This document shows positions 38,725-51,318 of a stretch of 64,000 nucleotides of DNA, piece after piece; within the stretch, counting starts at the first letter, position 1, and each line of letters begins with the position of its first letter. The stretch is taken from positions 23,488,213-23,552,212 of the forward strand of contig OZ234493.1 of NCBI GenBank assembly GCA_965153455.1. The letters run 5' to 3'. The notes under the pieces are model-generated. The model was not told where the DNA came from, did no database searches, and saw only the letters and a list, made by a program, of their open reading frames with translations. Source of the DNA: Sphagnum compactum (lineage: Eukaryota). Both the position numbers and the translations under genes were made by a program.

Positions 38725-41700
38725 TGAGAGTTTTAAAACTAAAACTGGGGGTAGATCTGTGAAGTGTGACAATTGAAACTTTATTATGGATTGAGTTCAG
38801 AAATCCCATACCTAGGTTTGGAAACAAGCAAAAGTCATCAATGCTAGCTAGAGCAAAGTTTGGCTTTTGGGCAAAATTGGCAGGCAGTCATCTTGTCACA
38901 TGCCCAAGGGTTGTGGTTAAAGGTTGTGGTAAGTTTTGGCTCCTCACCTTCACTATGCATGTAGTGTGCCATGTTTGTATTCCCCAAGTGTGTTCAATAT
39001 TACTTGATAGTCAATGCTAGTGTGATTGGATTTATTTTAGATCAACCTAATCAAAGTAGAGATTGATGACCTAATCAGTATTAACTTGGATTTGGAAGGT
39101 GTGTATTGAAATTTTGTGCTCAATGATGAAAAAGAGCAAGTGCAACCTTTGATCTTATTGCTTCTTCTTGTTTGATACTCGCAATCACAAACTAGGCTTC
39201 CCTATTGCTTAATCTCAACCATGGAAACCTTTTGCATGTGTACAAGGGAATGTCTTTGCTCTTTCCCAGGTTTTTTGAGCCTAGCTTCTAGGTTTGTGGC
39301 ATTGTGGCATTTGTTGCATTACCCATTAGCTTGGTGTATTTAGTTATCTAATTGACAACCTTATTTAAATACTAGGAGGATGATGAAGCTACTTTGGAGG
39401 TAGATGAAGCTATGATAATTCAATATGAGAGGAAGGAGGAGTTTAATGCATTGCAACAAGAGAGTGAACTGCCACTAAATCAGCTCCTAAAGGATTACAA
39501 GATGGGGAAAGGTAATGAAATGCTCGTGTTTGTCCAACTAGCTATGTTCAGGTTGTTTGAACATTGCATAGTATTTGGAAGCCTAGTAGAGAGTGTAATC
39601 TAATAGCACTATGTTTGTCTGGGCCTTTCTGGCTTCTTCTCATCATGTATTTCACTGTAATTTTTTCTTCTGCTAAAGGCAACTGAATTTTCGTTGTTGT
39701 TCTATGGAGAAATTGTAGACTCATGTGTGGAAAGTTATTATACTATGTAGAGAGTGAGGGGGAAGATCAGGAATTGAGTGAAGGGGAAACAAATGAAAAG
39801 CAGGAGGACAATGAAGAGGATCAGGAGGAAGCTGATAAAGAGATGAATTTTGATGACAAAGAGGGGTTGCCAAAGGTAGTCAAAGCCATCATTCTTGAGC
39901 AGTCACAACATGGTACAGTACATGATGAAACTTCATAGGATGAAATTGAAAAGTTGACTAGATCTTCATGGAATACAAAGGACGGAACCATGCTGATATC
40001 AGAGATGGAGGATTCCAAAACATTGTTGGCAGTGTTAGATCTACAAAATGTGGCCTGGTTGCTGATGAACAAATAAAAGCTAGTGAAAAAGCCTCGGTTA
40101 TGATGGTGTAGGGACTAAAAAAGTCTCAATCTGTGCAACAAAATGACCTTGGAATGCCCCACACAAACAGAACAATCATTGGTCACTTTCTGAAAACAAT
40201 TTGATATAAGGCAGGTGGCAAGCTTGTAACTCTTATGGTTGATTGGGGGTTGACACCAGGGAAGATGTTAACTCAGCCTTGAATTAGAGGAGACCACAGA
40301 TATCACTATGTTGTTTGACTACTATGCTAGTAAAGTAAGGCATGGTGATAGATATGCAGGTATGGATTTTATGCATTTTGTGTTTCTTTTAGGCATATGT
40401 AGGTTTGGTCAATGAAAATCAAACTTTGATGGGGGTAGCAACAATTTCTATGTTGAACTCATGTTCATGAAAGTCAAATTTCAGGGTTCTTTGAACAATT
40501 TGTTACTTAAAACATTATTTCTTTAATAACTAGTGCAGGTTTGCTTGACATTTTATATTTAGCATGTTTTGTGTTGGCTTTAGGTTTAACTTTGTGATAC
40601 AGAAAGCTCCTATATACTTATAACCCTTGCTTTTTTAGTGGAAAAATTGTAGGGTACTCATTTAAGTTGTTCAAAACAAATACAACTATAGCTGGTGAAG
40701 GTCTGAGAGATGAAGAGTGTCTTTATAAGTAATCAACTTGTCTCTTGTAGGCACTTTGATTGAGATGAAGCCTTTTTACGAGCATGGTGTCACCTATCAC
40801 ATAGACACCACCTCCTTGCAACAATTTGATTGAGGCCATGCATGTCTTCTATAGGATGATGAGGACTAGTTCCCTGCAACTATGGTAGATGGGCACAAAG
40901 AGGTAAACTCCTGAAGCTACAACAACAACTAACACCGTTTTCCTCCATGAGTTGCAAAACAAGCAACTTACATATGTTATTATGGTTTGAGTGGCATTTT
41001 GTTGTTTGTTGCTTTTAGAGATTGAACTTGTAACTAGCACCTAGATAGTTACTTCATTTGTGACTTGTATTTTCCATTTGTTGAATGCATGGTGGCGTTG
41101 CCCATTTGTACACAATAGGCATCAATAGTTTTGTGATTGATTGTTTGTTGTCCTTAGCTAAATGGTCATGGGGATGATTGGTATAATGTTTGAAGGATGT
41201 AGAATTCAAATTGACAGTCAGTTAGTTAGGACGATGATGAAGGAACTATTGAAGAAGATGAACAATTGGTCGAGGATGATGTTAGTTCTCTAAACGAAGT
41301 CAGATTTGTTCATTTTTCAGGGTCTATTCAAAGCTCTAGATGAGTGATGTTCTGGATCAAAGTAACTGTTTTCAACTTTTGATTTCCAATTGGTTCTCTT
41401 TTAACTTGCTTTTGTTGGTATGTAAATTGATGATGTAAAATGTGAAAGTGAGATGACTTTGGAAGAGATTTTGGCAAGTATAAATCTGTGAGTAATTCCT
41501 CACAACATATTTCCTATTCTTAAAGCATGACAACATCATTGATCAGCAAAAGCTTCTTTGTTGGGAATTAGAGCTGGAATAGGGCACATTATGTTAATTG
41601 TGTCGAAGATTGTATTTAATCAAGTTTTGCAAAGTGTTCTTGAAACTAGTGGAATTTCTAAGTTATGTTAATTCACTTTTAGGTGTTTTTGTTGATTTAT

Positions 41701-41810
41701 TTGCTTGATATGCCAGTTGGCCAACGAAAACAATGAAGATGTAAGAGATTCACTTAAAGACTTGGGTGACATTCTTGAGGATCGATAAGACTGGACAAGT
41801 GAAGCTAGTA

Positions 41811-41844
41811 TAAGGTTTAGGTTTTAGGGTTTTAGGGCTTAGGG
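41811..41844 (+). repeat. Interstitial telomere-like repeat patch
   Basis: taagg tttagg ttttaggg ttttaggg cttaggg. Confidence 0.75.
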
Positions 41845-41916
41845 CGGTGTAAGCATCAACCTTGTGGGTGTAGATAGTTGTTTTCTATGACAACGACTGG
41901 AACTCAACGATGGATC

Positions 41917-42844
41917 TATTGTAACCCTAGCCTTGGGCTCGCGACCAAGGCCAAGGCTTACAAAGTTGTGGGCCAAGAGTGAGCCCAAGAATCACATTTC
42001 ACGCTCCCGGGGATGCAAGAGAATGTGAGGGAATGAACCCCACACTCCCAAGTGAGCTCCCCACTTTGGGAGTTGGAGTCCTGATGGACTCCCGAATTTT
42101 CAGAGAGCGATTGCAGGTGTCAAAACCCATTGGATTGAAGAGTTCCTTATATCATTGGAAAGCTCTTGGAATGTAGATGTCTAAAATGGGCTCTCATGAC
42201 CAATTTTGATACTTAAAACATAAGTTATGGCCAAAAGAAGAGCCGAGAGTCAAATGCCAATTTGACTCTCGACCACTAAAAGTCAGGAATCTCCCCGATT
42301 TCCTTGCGTGCAGGTAGCGTATCACATACCGTTGGAAAGCTCTTGACAAGGCTACAACTTTGCTTTAGGCCTCACTTCAATTGGAGGTCTGCACACAAAG
42401 TTATGAGCCTCCAAAGTTACGAGAGTCCCAATTTTGGGAATTTTGGGACTCCCACTTGGGAATTTCGAGACTCCCACTTGGGAGTCTCGGGACAAAATGC
42501 CATTTGGGTGCTGGCCCCATGGCTAGGCATAGAGTATACTATAAGAGGGAAGGTGGTGGCTTCCCCCAAGTCTGGGTCGTGGTGAGCCTTGTGAGTCTGT
42601 GTTTGCCTGTGGCTCGTCCGTGCACCAAAAGCGCTAAAACTATGCATTAACCAATTTGTTATTTGGTTTGTGCAAGTCAGTGTGAATAATTGATGCTTGT
42701 CACTTTTCCTAGTCTCCATCCTGGAGTTTGCCTCTCTACCCCCAAAGTGTTACGAACTAGGGGGCGTGCTCCAACTCCTTACTCTTCCACTGTTTTCACC
42801 TTAAATTCACATTTGAGTCTATCAAAGAGCTTGGGAGCGCACCA
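41917..42844. mobile_element. Solo LTR-type insertion (928 bp) with perfect 5-bp TSD
   Basis: Flanked by ggatc (41912-41916 and 42845-42849). Ends ...gcgcacCA and starts ta (degenerate TG). Removing it restores the PIE1 reading M-D-Q-*-A-Q-D-R-C-H. Confidence 0.85.
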
Positions 42845-45284
42845 GGATCAATAGGCACAGGATAGGTGTCATTGAATTGGCTACACACAAGAGGTCCACA
42901 TCTGTTGCCTAGCAAGTGAGAGTACCATTGAGGAAAACATATGGAATAAAGCAAACCAAAAGTGCATATTGGATGACTTGGTGATACAGAGTGGCAATTA
43001 CAACATAGAGTTTCTTAAGAACCTTGACCCAATGGATCTTTTCTCTAGGCTGAAGGGTGTGAAATTGGATGGAATTGATGGTAAAAGTCAAGGCACAACC
43101 TTGATTACAACCAAGGTTCCTATTCCTTCCATTGGATGACTTGAGCAAAGGGCACTTTCAGTTGTAGAGGTAGAAATTGCATTAAAAAATGCAGAGGATG
43201 AGGTAGATTATATGGTGATGAAGCAAGTTGAGTAAGAAGAAGCTACTGAAAACCAAGAATTTGCTGAAGAAGTTTTCATTGGAACTATAGATGATGAAGA
43301 TCTAGGTGATGAGGAAGGAGCAAGAAAATGAGTTTCCTCTCCTATGATGTTGGAAACTGAAGTGACGGGGGGCCTTAGAGCCTCATTAGTGGACCAACAG
43401 TTAGAAGAGGGTGATGCAACTCCTGTGGCTAAGGAGAGCACTCTTGTAAGCACATCTTTTATTCCTATTGATGTTGAAGAGGATATTGATATTCTAGTTA
43501 ATGTTCAACAGATGGCAGTAGTTGTAGTAATAGCAGGTTGTGAAAAAACTTCTTTTGAGGACCAACTTTGACTTGTGGAGTAATATGTAATGTGATTTCT
43601 TGAGCTTTGGGATCCATGAATGAATAATCTTGCCATTAAAACACAAGTGTTATTTTATTTTGCTTCAATCTACCTTCTAGATATTTGAAATGAATTTGTT
43701 GAGTACTGAAAAATTACCAACATTTCCCTTCCATAAGGATGGAGCTATAAATTTAAAGCACATAAACATCTTTCAAATTTTTGCAAGTTGCAAAGGCATT
43801 TTTCTTTGTGCATTTTTTGGCCAGGAATTTAAGTTCATGGACAAATTGTAAAAGCATTGGAAGCAATCTTACATTAGTTGCATTTGAGGAAAAGGAATGG
43901 GAATTAGATCAGTTGGAGAAATTAAAAGAGGAATAATAGGCAGAGATTGATGAGGATAGTGAACCATTATTTTATGAGAGTATTTCAGCTTTTTAATTGG
44001 GAACACAAAGCTCACCACCTTTTTCTGAGGCACCAAATGTAATTAGGTTGAATCTAACTTAGAAATTCAGTTATTTTATTTCCATGTTAAATTTCAATGA
44101 ATTTTAATATAAGAGTAATATGGTTTGCTTATCAAATAACTCTTAGCATTGGAAGAGTACTATTAAATGTAGGTGACAATTTGTAGTCCAACATTGGCTA
44201 GGTGACAATAGATGTGAAATTGAATTGTATGCATTAGGAGAATGATCTTAAGTTGTGTTGGGAACTCTGGATTTCCATTGAACTAATGCTAATTGAAAAT
44301 GTTTCGAAAACAATGATTTCTTGTGTTCAAGACATGTGGATTGTTGGAATGGTAAGCTCACCCTGGTTGAAAATGCTGGTCAATAGCATGCACGGAGGAG
44401 GTTGCCAACAAGAGCATGTGCCCAAATATGGGTAGTTGGACCTTCTTACATCACCTTCTTGGTGATTTTGAGGTGTTTTGTTGAGTTTGCCAAAACCCAA
44501 CATTCTTTGAGATTGTTGTGATGTAACATGATAGTTCATGATAGCACGTTAACATTGTTTTTTAACATCAATAGCAAAGAAACACTAATAATTTAGGTTG
44601 GTGGCCAACCAAGAAGAAGTTTAAGCAAGCTCAAACAATGTTCCTTGGGAAAACCATGTACATTTATTGGTACACATCAACATGTTTAGCCAAAAAATGT
44701 ATCATTTCAAATTTGGGAAGTACTTTCCACATCTTCCATCATTTTAGGTTCACTGTTTAGTGTTATTGTATTTTCTTATGCTCCAAAAATTTGAATTTAC
44801 TATAGAATGGGTTCAAATTGTCAATGTTCCTAAATGAACATTGGCCCTTGCACTGGAAACCCATAGGATCAAGGCTAGAAATGAATTTTAACACCTAAAT
44901 CCAACCCCAAAAGCACACATCAAAAGCAAACAATATACCCCATGGACATCATTTATCACACCCTAAATATAATCTTAATATAATTTTAATACAACTTTAA
45001 AGTATAATTAGTGTTAAAATTAACATAATATATTGTTAATATATGCACAATATACATTTAATACATGTCCAAAAAATACGTAAAACATAATTTTAGTATA
45101 CCCTAACTACCATCTAAATACACCTCTAATATGTTCCTAAACACCCTAGTATATATCAATTATATTGGTTCACATCATAGAAGTAACTAAAAAAGACTAA
45201 ATTTGTAATTAATTAGACATAAAAGCTTATTTGGGGATGAAATATTCAATAAGTTAGTCCATATGGATGGATGAATAATCTATT

Positions 45285-45432
45285 AATTGCAATGTAATTG
45301 CAACATAGTTGCAAAAATAATAATAAATTGATGGTAAGTAGTTGCAAAAATGACCAAACATAGTTGCAAATGACAATTAGTTACATGTAGTTGCAAATTG
45401 GATGGTGACATAATATAAGATTTCTTTTAGTG
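45285..45432. mobile_element. Right terminus of a CACTA element
   Basis: Ends tttcttttagtg (reverse complement cactaaaagaaa, near the CACTACAAGAAA consensus), preceded by several tagttgcaaa subterminal repeats. Confidence 0.7.
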
Positions 45433-45889
45433 ATTCAATACACATCCAATTTCCAAGCACTATTAGGGGAGTTCAACCCCAATTTGAAAAGAGATTTTGC
45501 CCATGTGCAATAACAGTGTGCCTACAACCATAATTTATCCCAACCCAACCTTAGAAAAAACTCCAACTTCAAATAACAATCCAAAAAACATCCCCAAGAA
45601 TTGAAAACCTAAAGCTACTTTTCTCCACTTAGTTTTATTCCATACCTACCAAACACACCTACATGCCACATAGACCTTTTAAGACATCAATCAAAATTGT
45701 TTTACCATGACTTGTTAATTTTTAAAAGCTTGTGCAATGTGTGATTCAACCAAAAAGATGACAAAATTTTATACTTGTAATCCAGCCTGCTTCATTAAAA
45801 GTTGGTCCAAAAAGAAAATTGGCCCATCAAAATGGGTGCGGCATAGAAAAAAATAACCGCCCCAAAAATAGGCCATTTGCTTTTAAACA

Positions 45890-48190
45890 TTAAAATAATA
45901 TCGTGTTTTTGTGTTCTTCCATCGCATCATGGCCTTTTCATAAGGAAATTCTCATTATTGTAAAATTGTTGTGCATAAAAACGAATACACAAATCCAAGT
46001 GGCAAGTCAAGCAGTTTTTCAATTTATTTTTCCTGAATGTCATTATTGAGAAACAATGTTCATCTTCCATAGATTCGAAGACTTGAACATATTCAATCTC
46101 AACAACTTTATGAATTCTCTAAGCTTATGTTTGAAGATTGAAGTAAAACTGATCTTGGTCCATAATCAAGTGACAAGATTCACAAGAAAATCTTCCTTCA
46201 TGACTGCTTCACTATTTGCAATCAGTGTCATCTTTTTAAAAAAACATTGCACATCCAAAACATGGCCATCTAGGAGAGCTTTCATAATAACCCCTTCTTT
46301 TGTCACCTTGCAAGGCATAGAGTAGGCAGCCTTGATGATAGTCAAATGTTCATGGAAAACATCTTCAACATTATTGGGGTGATCAACCCAAAAATTAAGG
46401 TAGATCACACCTAATGCCAACATAAGATCATGGTTTGGGAATCCTCCCTCCAACTCATGGACCAAAGACTTGGGTAGCATCTTCATAAATTGTTTTCACA
46501 TGAGCCAAGACCTTGGGAAAATTTGGCCTCAACACAGGTCTGAATCCCTTCTCACAAGACAACACTGATTCACAGAATATTTAGAACCAAAAAACCATGA
46601 TCTTATGTTGGCATTAGGTGTGATAACAAGGCAATCAGCTTCCTCACCATTTAGGTCTACACACCAATTCATTGGTCAATTTTGCTAATGAAAGTTTCAA
46701 GAGCCTTCAACTCATCAAATGCAGGTTGTCAAATTTGTTTTAAGGATCACTATAAAGCCAATAGAGCTTTAGTTGGTGGATATTCACTACATCAATAAAA
46801 TCACAAACAAATACATTGCGAGATTGTGCAAACTTGATCAAAGTAGGCTCATAGTCCAAAAGTGGCAAAATGGCATGTAAACCAAAATTTAGTTTCAAGT
46901 CACAAAGGAGGTTCAAATTTTTAGTGGTAGTGTTGTTCCGCAAAGCATCATCATGCATCGTTGTAATGAAAGGCCGATATTGCTCCATCACACGTTTCAT
47001 GGGAAACAACATGCTGATCCATTTAATTTTCATGTTTTTCAATAATTTGTTTCCTTTTTCTACAACCACATCACACAAGCTTTGAAATTCAAGGAATGTT
47101 TTAGGTGAATGAAAGAAAAACCCATATAAAGTGTGCAAAAGGGCTTCCAATTGAACAACCAAACTTGTCTTTGATAAAACCACCATAATCAAGAACAAAA
47201 CAATGTACTCCCATTAGAAATGGAGCCACATTCTCTTTCATTTGTGTGTTGGCACTAGCTCTGGCACCTTGAAACACACTACTGCCATTGTAGACCATTG
47301 AAATGAGCTTGGCTCCCAATTGCTTAACATTCAAACCCCTAAATGTGACCATGGTAGTGAACATTGAATGAAAAATGTTCTCAGTTGTCCCCTACACACC
47401 CACCTTCTCCACACAAGCCAAAAGTGGAATTCATTTCCAACCTTGAACAACAAATAAATGCAAAGAAATCCAAGATGTATTATCTATTGCCGTAACCTCG
47501 TTAATGTTGACAAATATAAAATTTGCAGCAACATCATTTTGAGTGGGTGCAGTTCATTAGTCCCCGTTCATTAGTCCCCCTTCACTAGACTAGTGAGTTC
47601 ACTATGTTCCCACTAGGTCTCGTTCATTATAACCAGTGAATTCACTCAAAATTCAGTGAAATCACTTGGCATATAGGGACACCTTTTGTTGTAGTGTACT
47701 CATTCATGGATTAGTTATGCCCCACTTGTGTCTAATAGGCCAATGTTTTTTAGGAGTGTGTTTGACTTTAAACACAATGAAGACGTTTTTTAAACCTTCA
47801 AAATTTGTCATAGCTCAACCTCTAGATAGTAAATGGTAGATTAAAATAAAGTGGACAAGTTTTCTTTTTTTGTCTTGCAAAATTTCAGAAGTAATTAGAT
47901 CAAGAATAGAAGGATGCTCAGAAGTGGTGTAGATTTGTCCATTCAATGCATGTTGGCATTTATTGAAATAGAAAACACCTACTTCCACCCTTGGACCAAT
48001 AATTTTGGATTTGTGGTGACCTACATGTTTCAACAGGTTATTGAGTTTCAGAATAAGAAGCTTTTCCTCGCCTTCTACCTTTGAACAAACAACGTAACAT
48101 ACTTGATGCACATTACTTTTGCAGTTTACTATAAATTTTGCCCAGGGAAAACACGAGACCCACTTATTTTGAAAGTGTCGCACACCTTCA
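45890..48190 (-). pseudogene. hAT transposase remnant (ZNF862-like, TTF-type zinc finger N-terminus)
   Basis: RHFQNKWVSCFPWA...CYVVCSK...LLKHVGH; KLISMVYNGSSVFQGAR...VAPFLMGVHCF; LYGFFFHSPK...KWISM; hAT dimerisation-like C-terminal region. Many disruptions. Confidence 0.8.
47545..47696. mobile_element. One-ended CACTA terminal fragment inserted in the hAT remnant
   Basis: Homologous to 5547-5700 and ends ggacaccttttgttgtagtg. The left TIR is missing. Confidence 0.7.
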
Positions 48191-48224
48191 TGATTTCATA
48201 GTCTTTCATTGGGCTATCAGCAAT

Positions 48225-48922
48225 TAGTTGCAACATGTTTGTATTGCAATAATCAAAGTACCATAACATTATTAAAAACATTAAATATCATTGAAGGACA
48301 AAACACATAGAAGTGCAACATCACTACATATGAAAAATAGTGACAAAAGGAGAAGTATGTGTGATTTATTGTGCTACAGAAAATATGGTAACTGATATTA
48401 TGACCAAAAGTTTGCCAAAACTCAAACATGTGAAGTTCACAATAGACCTTAGAATTAATCTAGATGATAACTTAGAAACAAAGAAAGAATAAACAAAGAT
48501 TGCATATAGTATCTTACCTTTGAAACATTAAGAATCTAATTGTTGAGCTACTCCAATTATTGATGATGTGAACTCCACTTGTAGAGCTTCTACACCTTGG
48601 TGTCCACAATGAAATCCTATGTAAAGAACTCCAGCAATAAGGCATTGTAGATTGATTATGACCTATCTAAGTGGGAGTGTAGGAAAAGTAGTTAGTCTAT
48701 AATCACTTTTGAAGTTAGTAGTTTCTTGAGATATGAACTATAATGACTCTTCGGAATGGATGTGAAGAAGTTAGGGTTTGAACAACTATGACCTTCAGAG
48801 GTTTGTCTCTGAAGTATGTAAACTTTGAGCTCGGGGGAGAAAAATCTTCTTCTTTGCAAAAGACGTTTCTATAGTTGGGAGGTGAGCTCCATTGTAATAA
48901 ACTCTCTTTGCTATTTCTAACA
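48225..48922 (+). mobile_element. Ty1/copia 3' end: RNase H remnant, PPT and 3' LTR (48678-48922)
   Basis: LYCNNQSTI...YH*RTKHIEVQHHYI...YCATENMVTDIMTKSL (copia RNase H). The purine tract aagtgggag is followed by TGT...ctaaCA, with aataaa near the end. Confidence 0.8.
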
Positions 48923-50383
48923 TGTGTCAGGGTTTGGGAAAGGGGGTACTAGTGGGTATTTGAAAGAAACTATTGCCATTTCTTTTTGACGCTTAACTTT
49001 GTTTAATGTTCTTATCCCCTTTTAGGATAATCAAAAATTCAAAACATTGTCAAAAATTAAGGTAATTGATTTTGCAATGCATTTCAATATGCAATCCTTT
49101 GTGTTAATCTCCCAAAAAAGAGGGCATAGTGATAGGATATTGATACACCTTAACAAGTTAATTGGATCCAAAAATGTGATAACACATGGAGGTGAAGACT
49201 TTTCAAGAATGTGAACTTGAGGGAGTTTGATTAGTGTATATTGTGAGCTAAAATGGGGTGATGGTTCTGCAGCATTCCTTCTCTCACCCCTCCTGATCCA
49301 TTCAGCTTACACCCTGACCTGCTTCTTCCAACCATTTTGACCAAATTAGTCACCCTCGAAGAAGTCACAGGCATCTTACTCCCTACTTAGTCCAGCTTGA
49401 CGCCGTTCAGGTCCAAGCGCAGCATCTTCAGATTGTCAGCATACAGATACAGACAATGGCTCTTCAACACCATGCAACCCATAGACACCAAAGTTAATAA
49501 GATGCACAGCAAAATTCTTTCAGAGCCTCTCCAGCTTGGTATAGGTGCACTCACACAACTTGTATCATGTTGCACTTACACTCTGCCCAGAAAAATTAAA
49601 AGAACAGGTCGAAAAAATTGGCATCCTGTCTTGCTATTACCAAAAGTTCAAAAGGAAACACAAGTCCTACAGCCAGGTCCTACTTAGGCCCTAGATGCTC
49701 TCTGCCAAACTTTTCCTCCAACCCACCTGCTCTCCTCTTTTCACAAACAGTTTTCACTTCAAACATCCCTACATAGAAAATTTAGAAGATTCCAGAACCC
49801 AAAAGTTAAGAGGCCATGCAAAATTGTGGCCTACGCCTTCAATAGCCACTGAATAAGTCATCAAAGCATGTCCTAACACCAGCGCTAAAATGCAGGCCTT
49901 TTTCATATTAGTTTACCCCTCAATAAATGCATCTTCACAACTCCAGCATCTCAAACAGACATACATACCCATACATCTCTAACACATCAGACACAATGGT
50001 CTGCATCTTCCTTGGTTGTCACAACATAATCCTTGATCAAAAGTGAAGTCCTTGTACCTTTTTGTATGAGCAATTACAACCTCATAGTGCAATAGTGGTT
50101 CAATGAATCATTGTACTCTAATGCACTTCTGATGACCATTGGTGTTCCATGGTGCATATTTGGCCCTTTCATGGACATTAGATAAATGATGATGTGAGCA
50201 GACAGTACTAGAAGTCAGGTTCCGGTTAGAATCCATCACCTCTTATAGGGTTGGAATTTTCAAGATTTGTGTTGTGAATGGTAATTGTGGATTGGGAGCG
50301 ATGACCCAATAATTGGCAGCAAATTTGACTACTTTAAAGGCGAGGGGTAATAAGGTTGGAATATCTTAAGAGGTTGAGAAAAG

Positions 50384-50667
50384 CAAGGGTGGGGCACTGG
50401 TGGGCATTTGAAAAAAAAGTCAGAATCAAAGAACTGCCGGTTCTGGTTATTTCAAAACCCCAACGATTGGTTGAGTGTCCAAAGAATTGACAAAGAACCA
50501 GCAGTTTTTCAAGACAGCTATAATTTGACTGTTTCCAAGAATTTGAAAACCATGGTTAGATATCCAAACCAAGTATTTGATTTTCTGTGAAACACGATTA
50601 TCAACCCTAAGAACGGCCCTGATACAGCGTGGGGGTTTGGTCAGCTTCTAATAACTGCCCCACACTG
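50384..50667. mobile_element. hAT-type MITE related to 9797-10204
   Basis: Ends aactgccccacactg. Internal gaactgccggttc / gaacc repeats. The left terminus is degenerate. Confidence 0.55.
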
Positions 50668-50887
50668 GTCACCACCATCCTCCACAACTTATGTGTGTTT
50701 GATTGGATATGAAAAAAGGATATGGATCCAACTGTTCTAGCTAAAGTTGAAGCTGCAAGTCAATAACATCAGAGAACCAGTGTGGATTTACAACCCCACT
50801 TTTAGGACTTAATGTGGTCTCACATCCTTACTCAGCCACTTAAAGGGTTTAATACAGAGTTATCTCCAGTGCCTGCCCATAACACCT

Positions 50888-51318
50888 TATATGAAGGAAG
50901 GTAGTTTGTTAGTTTTATTTTGTTTTGTTTGTACTTATGAGATTCACCAAATCAGGATGCTTCAGATTGCGTTCTTGGTATCTTTGGAAAGCTTGGAAGG
51001 AGGGGTGGTTTCATGGTGTTTGAACTTGTGATGCAAAAGTTCTTGAATATTGATTGGGTTTTTCACTGAAAATAAAATCAAATCATAGCTGAAAATTTTG
51101 GAGGAATTGGAATGTGCCTTTGGTGTTGTTCAAAAGATCTTGATGAGCAGGATTTAATGGAATTTATTTGGTAAGGTTTGGATTCAGAATGTGGGAGGTA
51201 TTGATTTTTAAGTGATTTCTGCCGTTGAAATTCAAATAAATGCCAAAAACTAGGTTTTGGAAGGAAAAATCAGCTGAGGACATGGTAACACTTGGGGCAA
51301 CGGCACAGGCCACACAAA
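50888..51318 (+). mobile_element. Second copy of the short Helitron family
   Basis: Colinear with the reverse complement of 32546-32974 (tatgaaggaa...ggttttggaaggaaaaa...ggcacaggccacac). The termini have decayed (TA.../...caaa). Confidence 0.75.

Larger units (their letters stand above)
39375..43980 (+). pseudogene. PIE1: Intron-containing fragments of the SWR1-family chromatin remodeller PIE1, internally deleted and disrupted
   Basis: EDDEATLEVDEA..ERKEEFNALQQESELPLNQLL (39376); DDEGTIEEDEQL (41230); ESEMTLEEILA (41447); GGVSINLVG..FYDNDWNSTMDQ*AQDRCH*IG..EVHI..ESTIEENI..KANQK..LDDLVIQSG..LDPMDLFS; ALKNAEDEVDYM..ENQEF; SFEDQL..FLELWDP; FEEKEWELDQLEKLKEE..EIDEDSEPLFYE. Confidence 0.9.

Noticed and set aside
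41979-42719. Several 65-100-aa ORFs
   Set aside because: They overlap on both strands inside the solo LTR and are spurious.
49240-49690. TBL/PMR5-like exon (CDFFEG)
   Set aside because: Only a 6-residue resemblance, with the downstream conserved residues absent.
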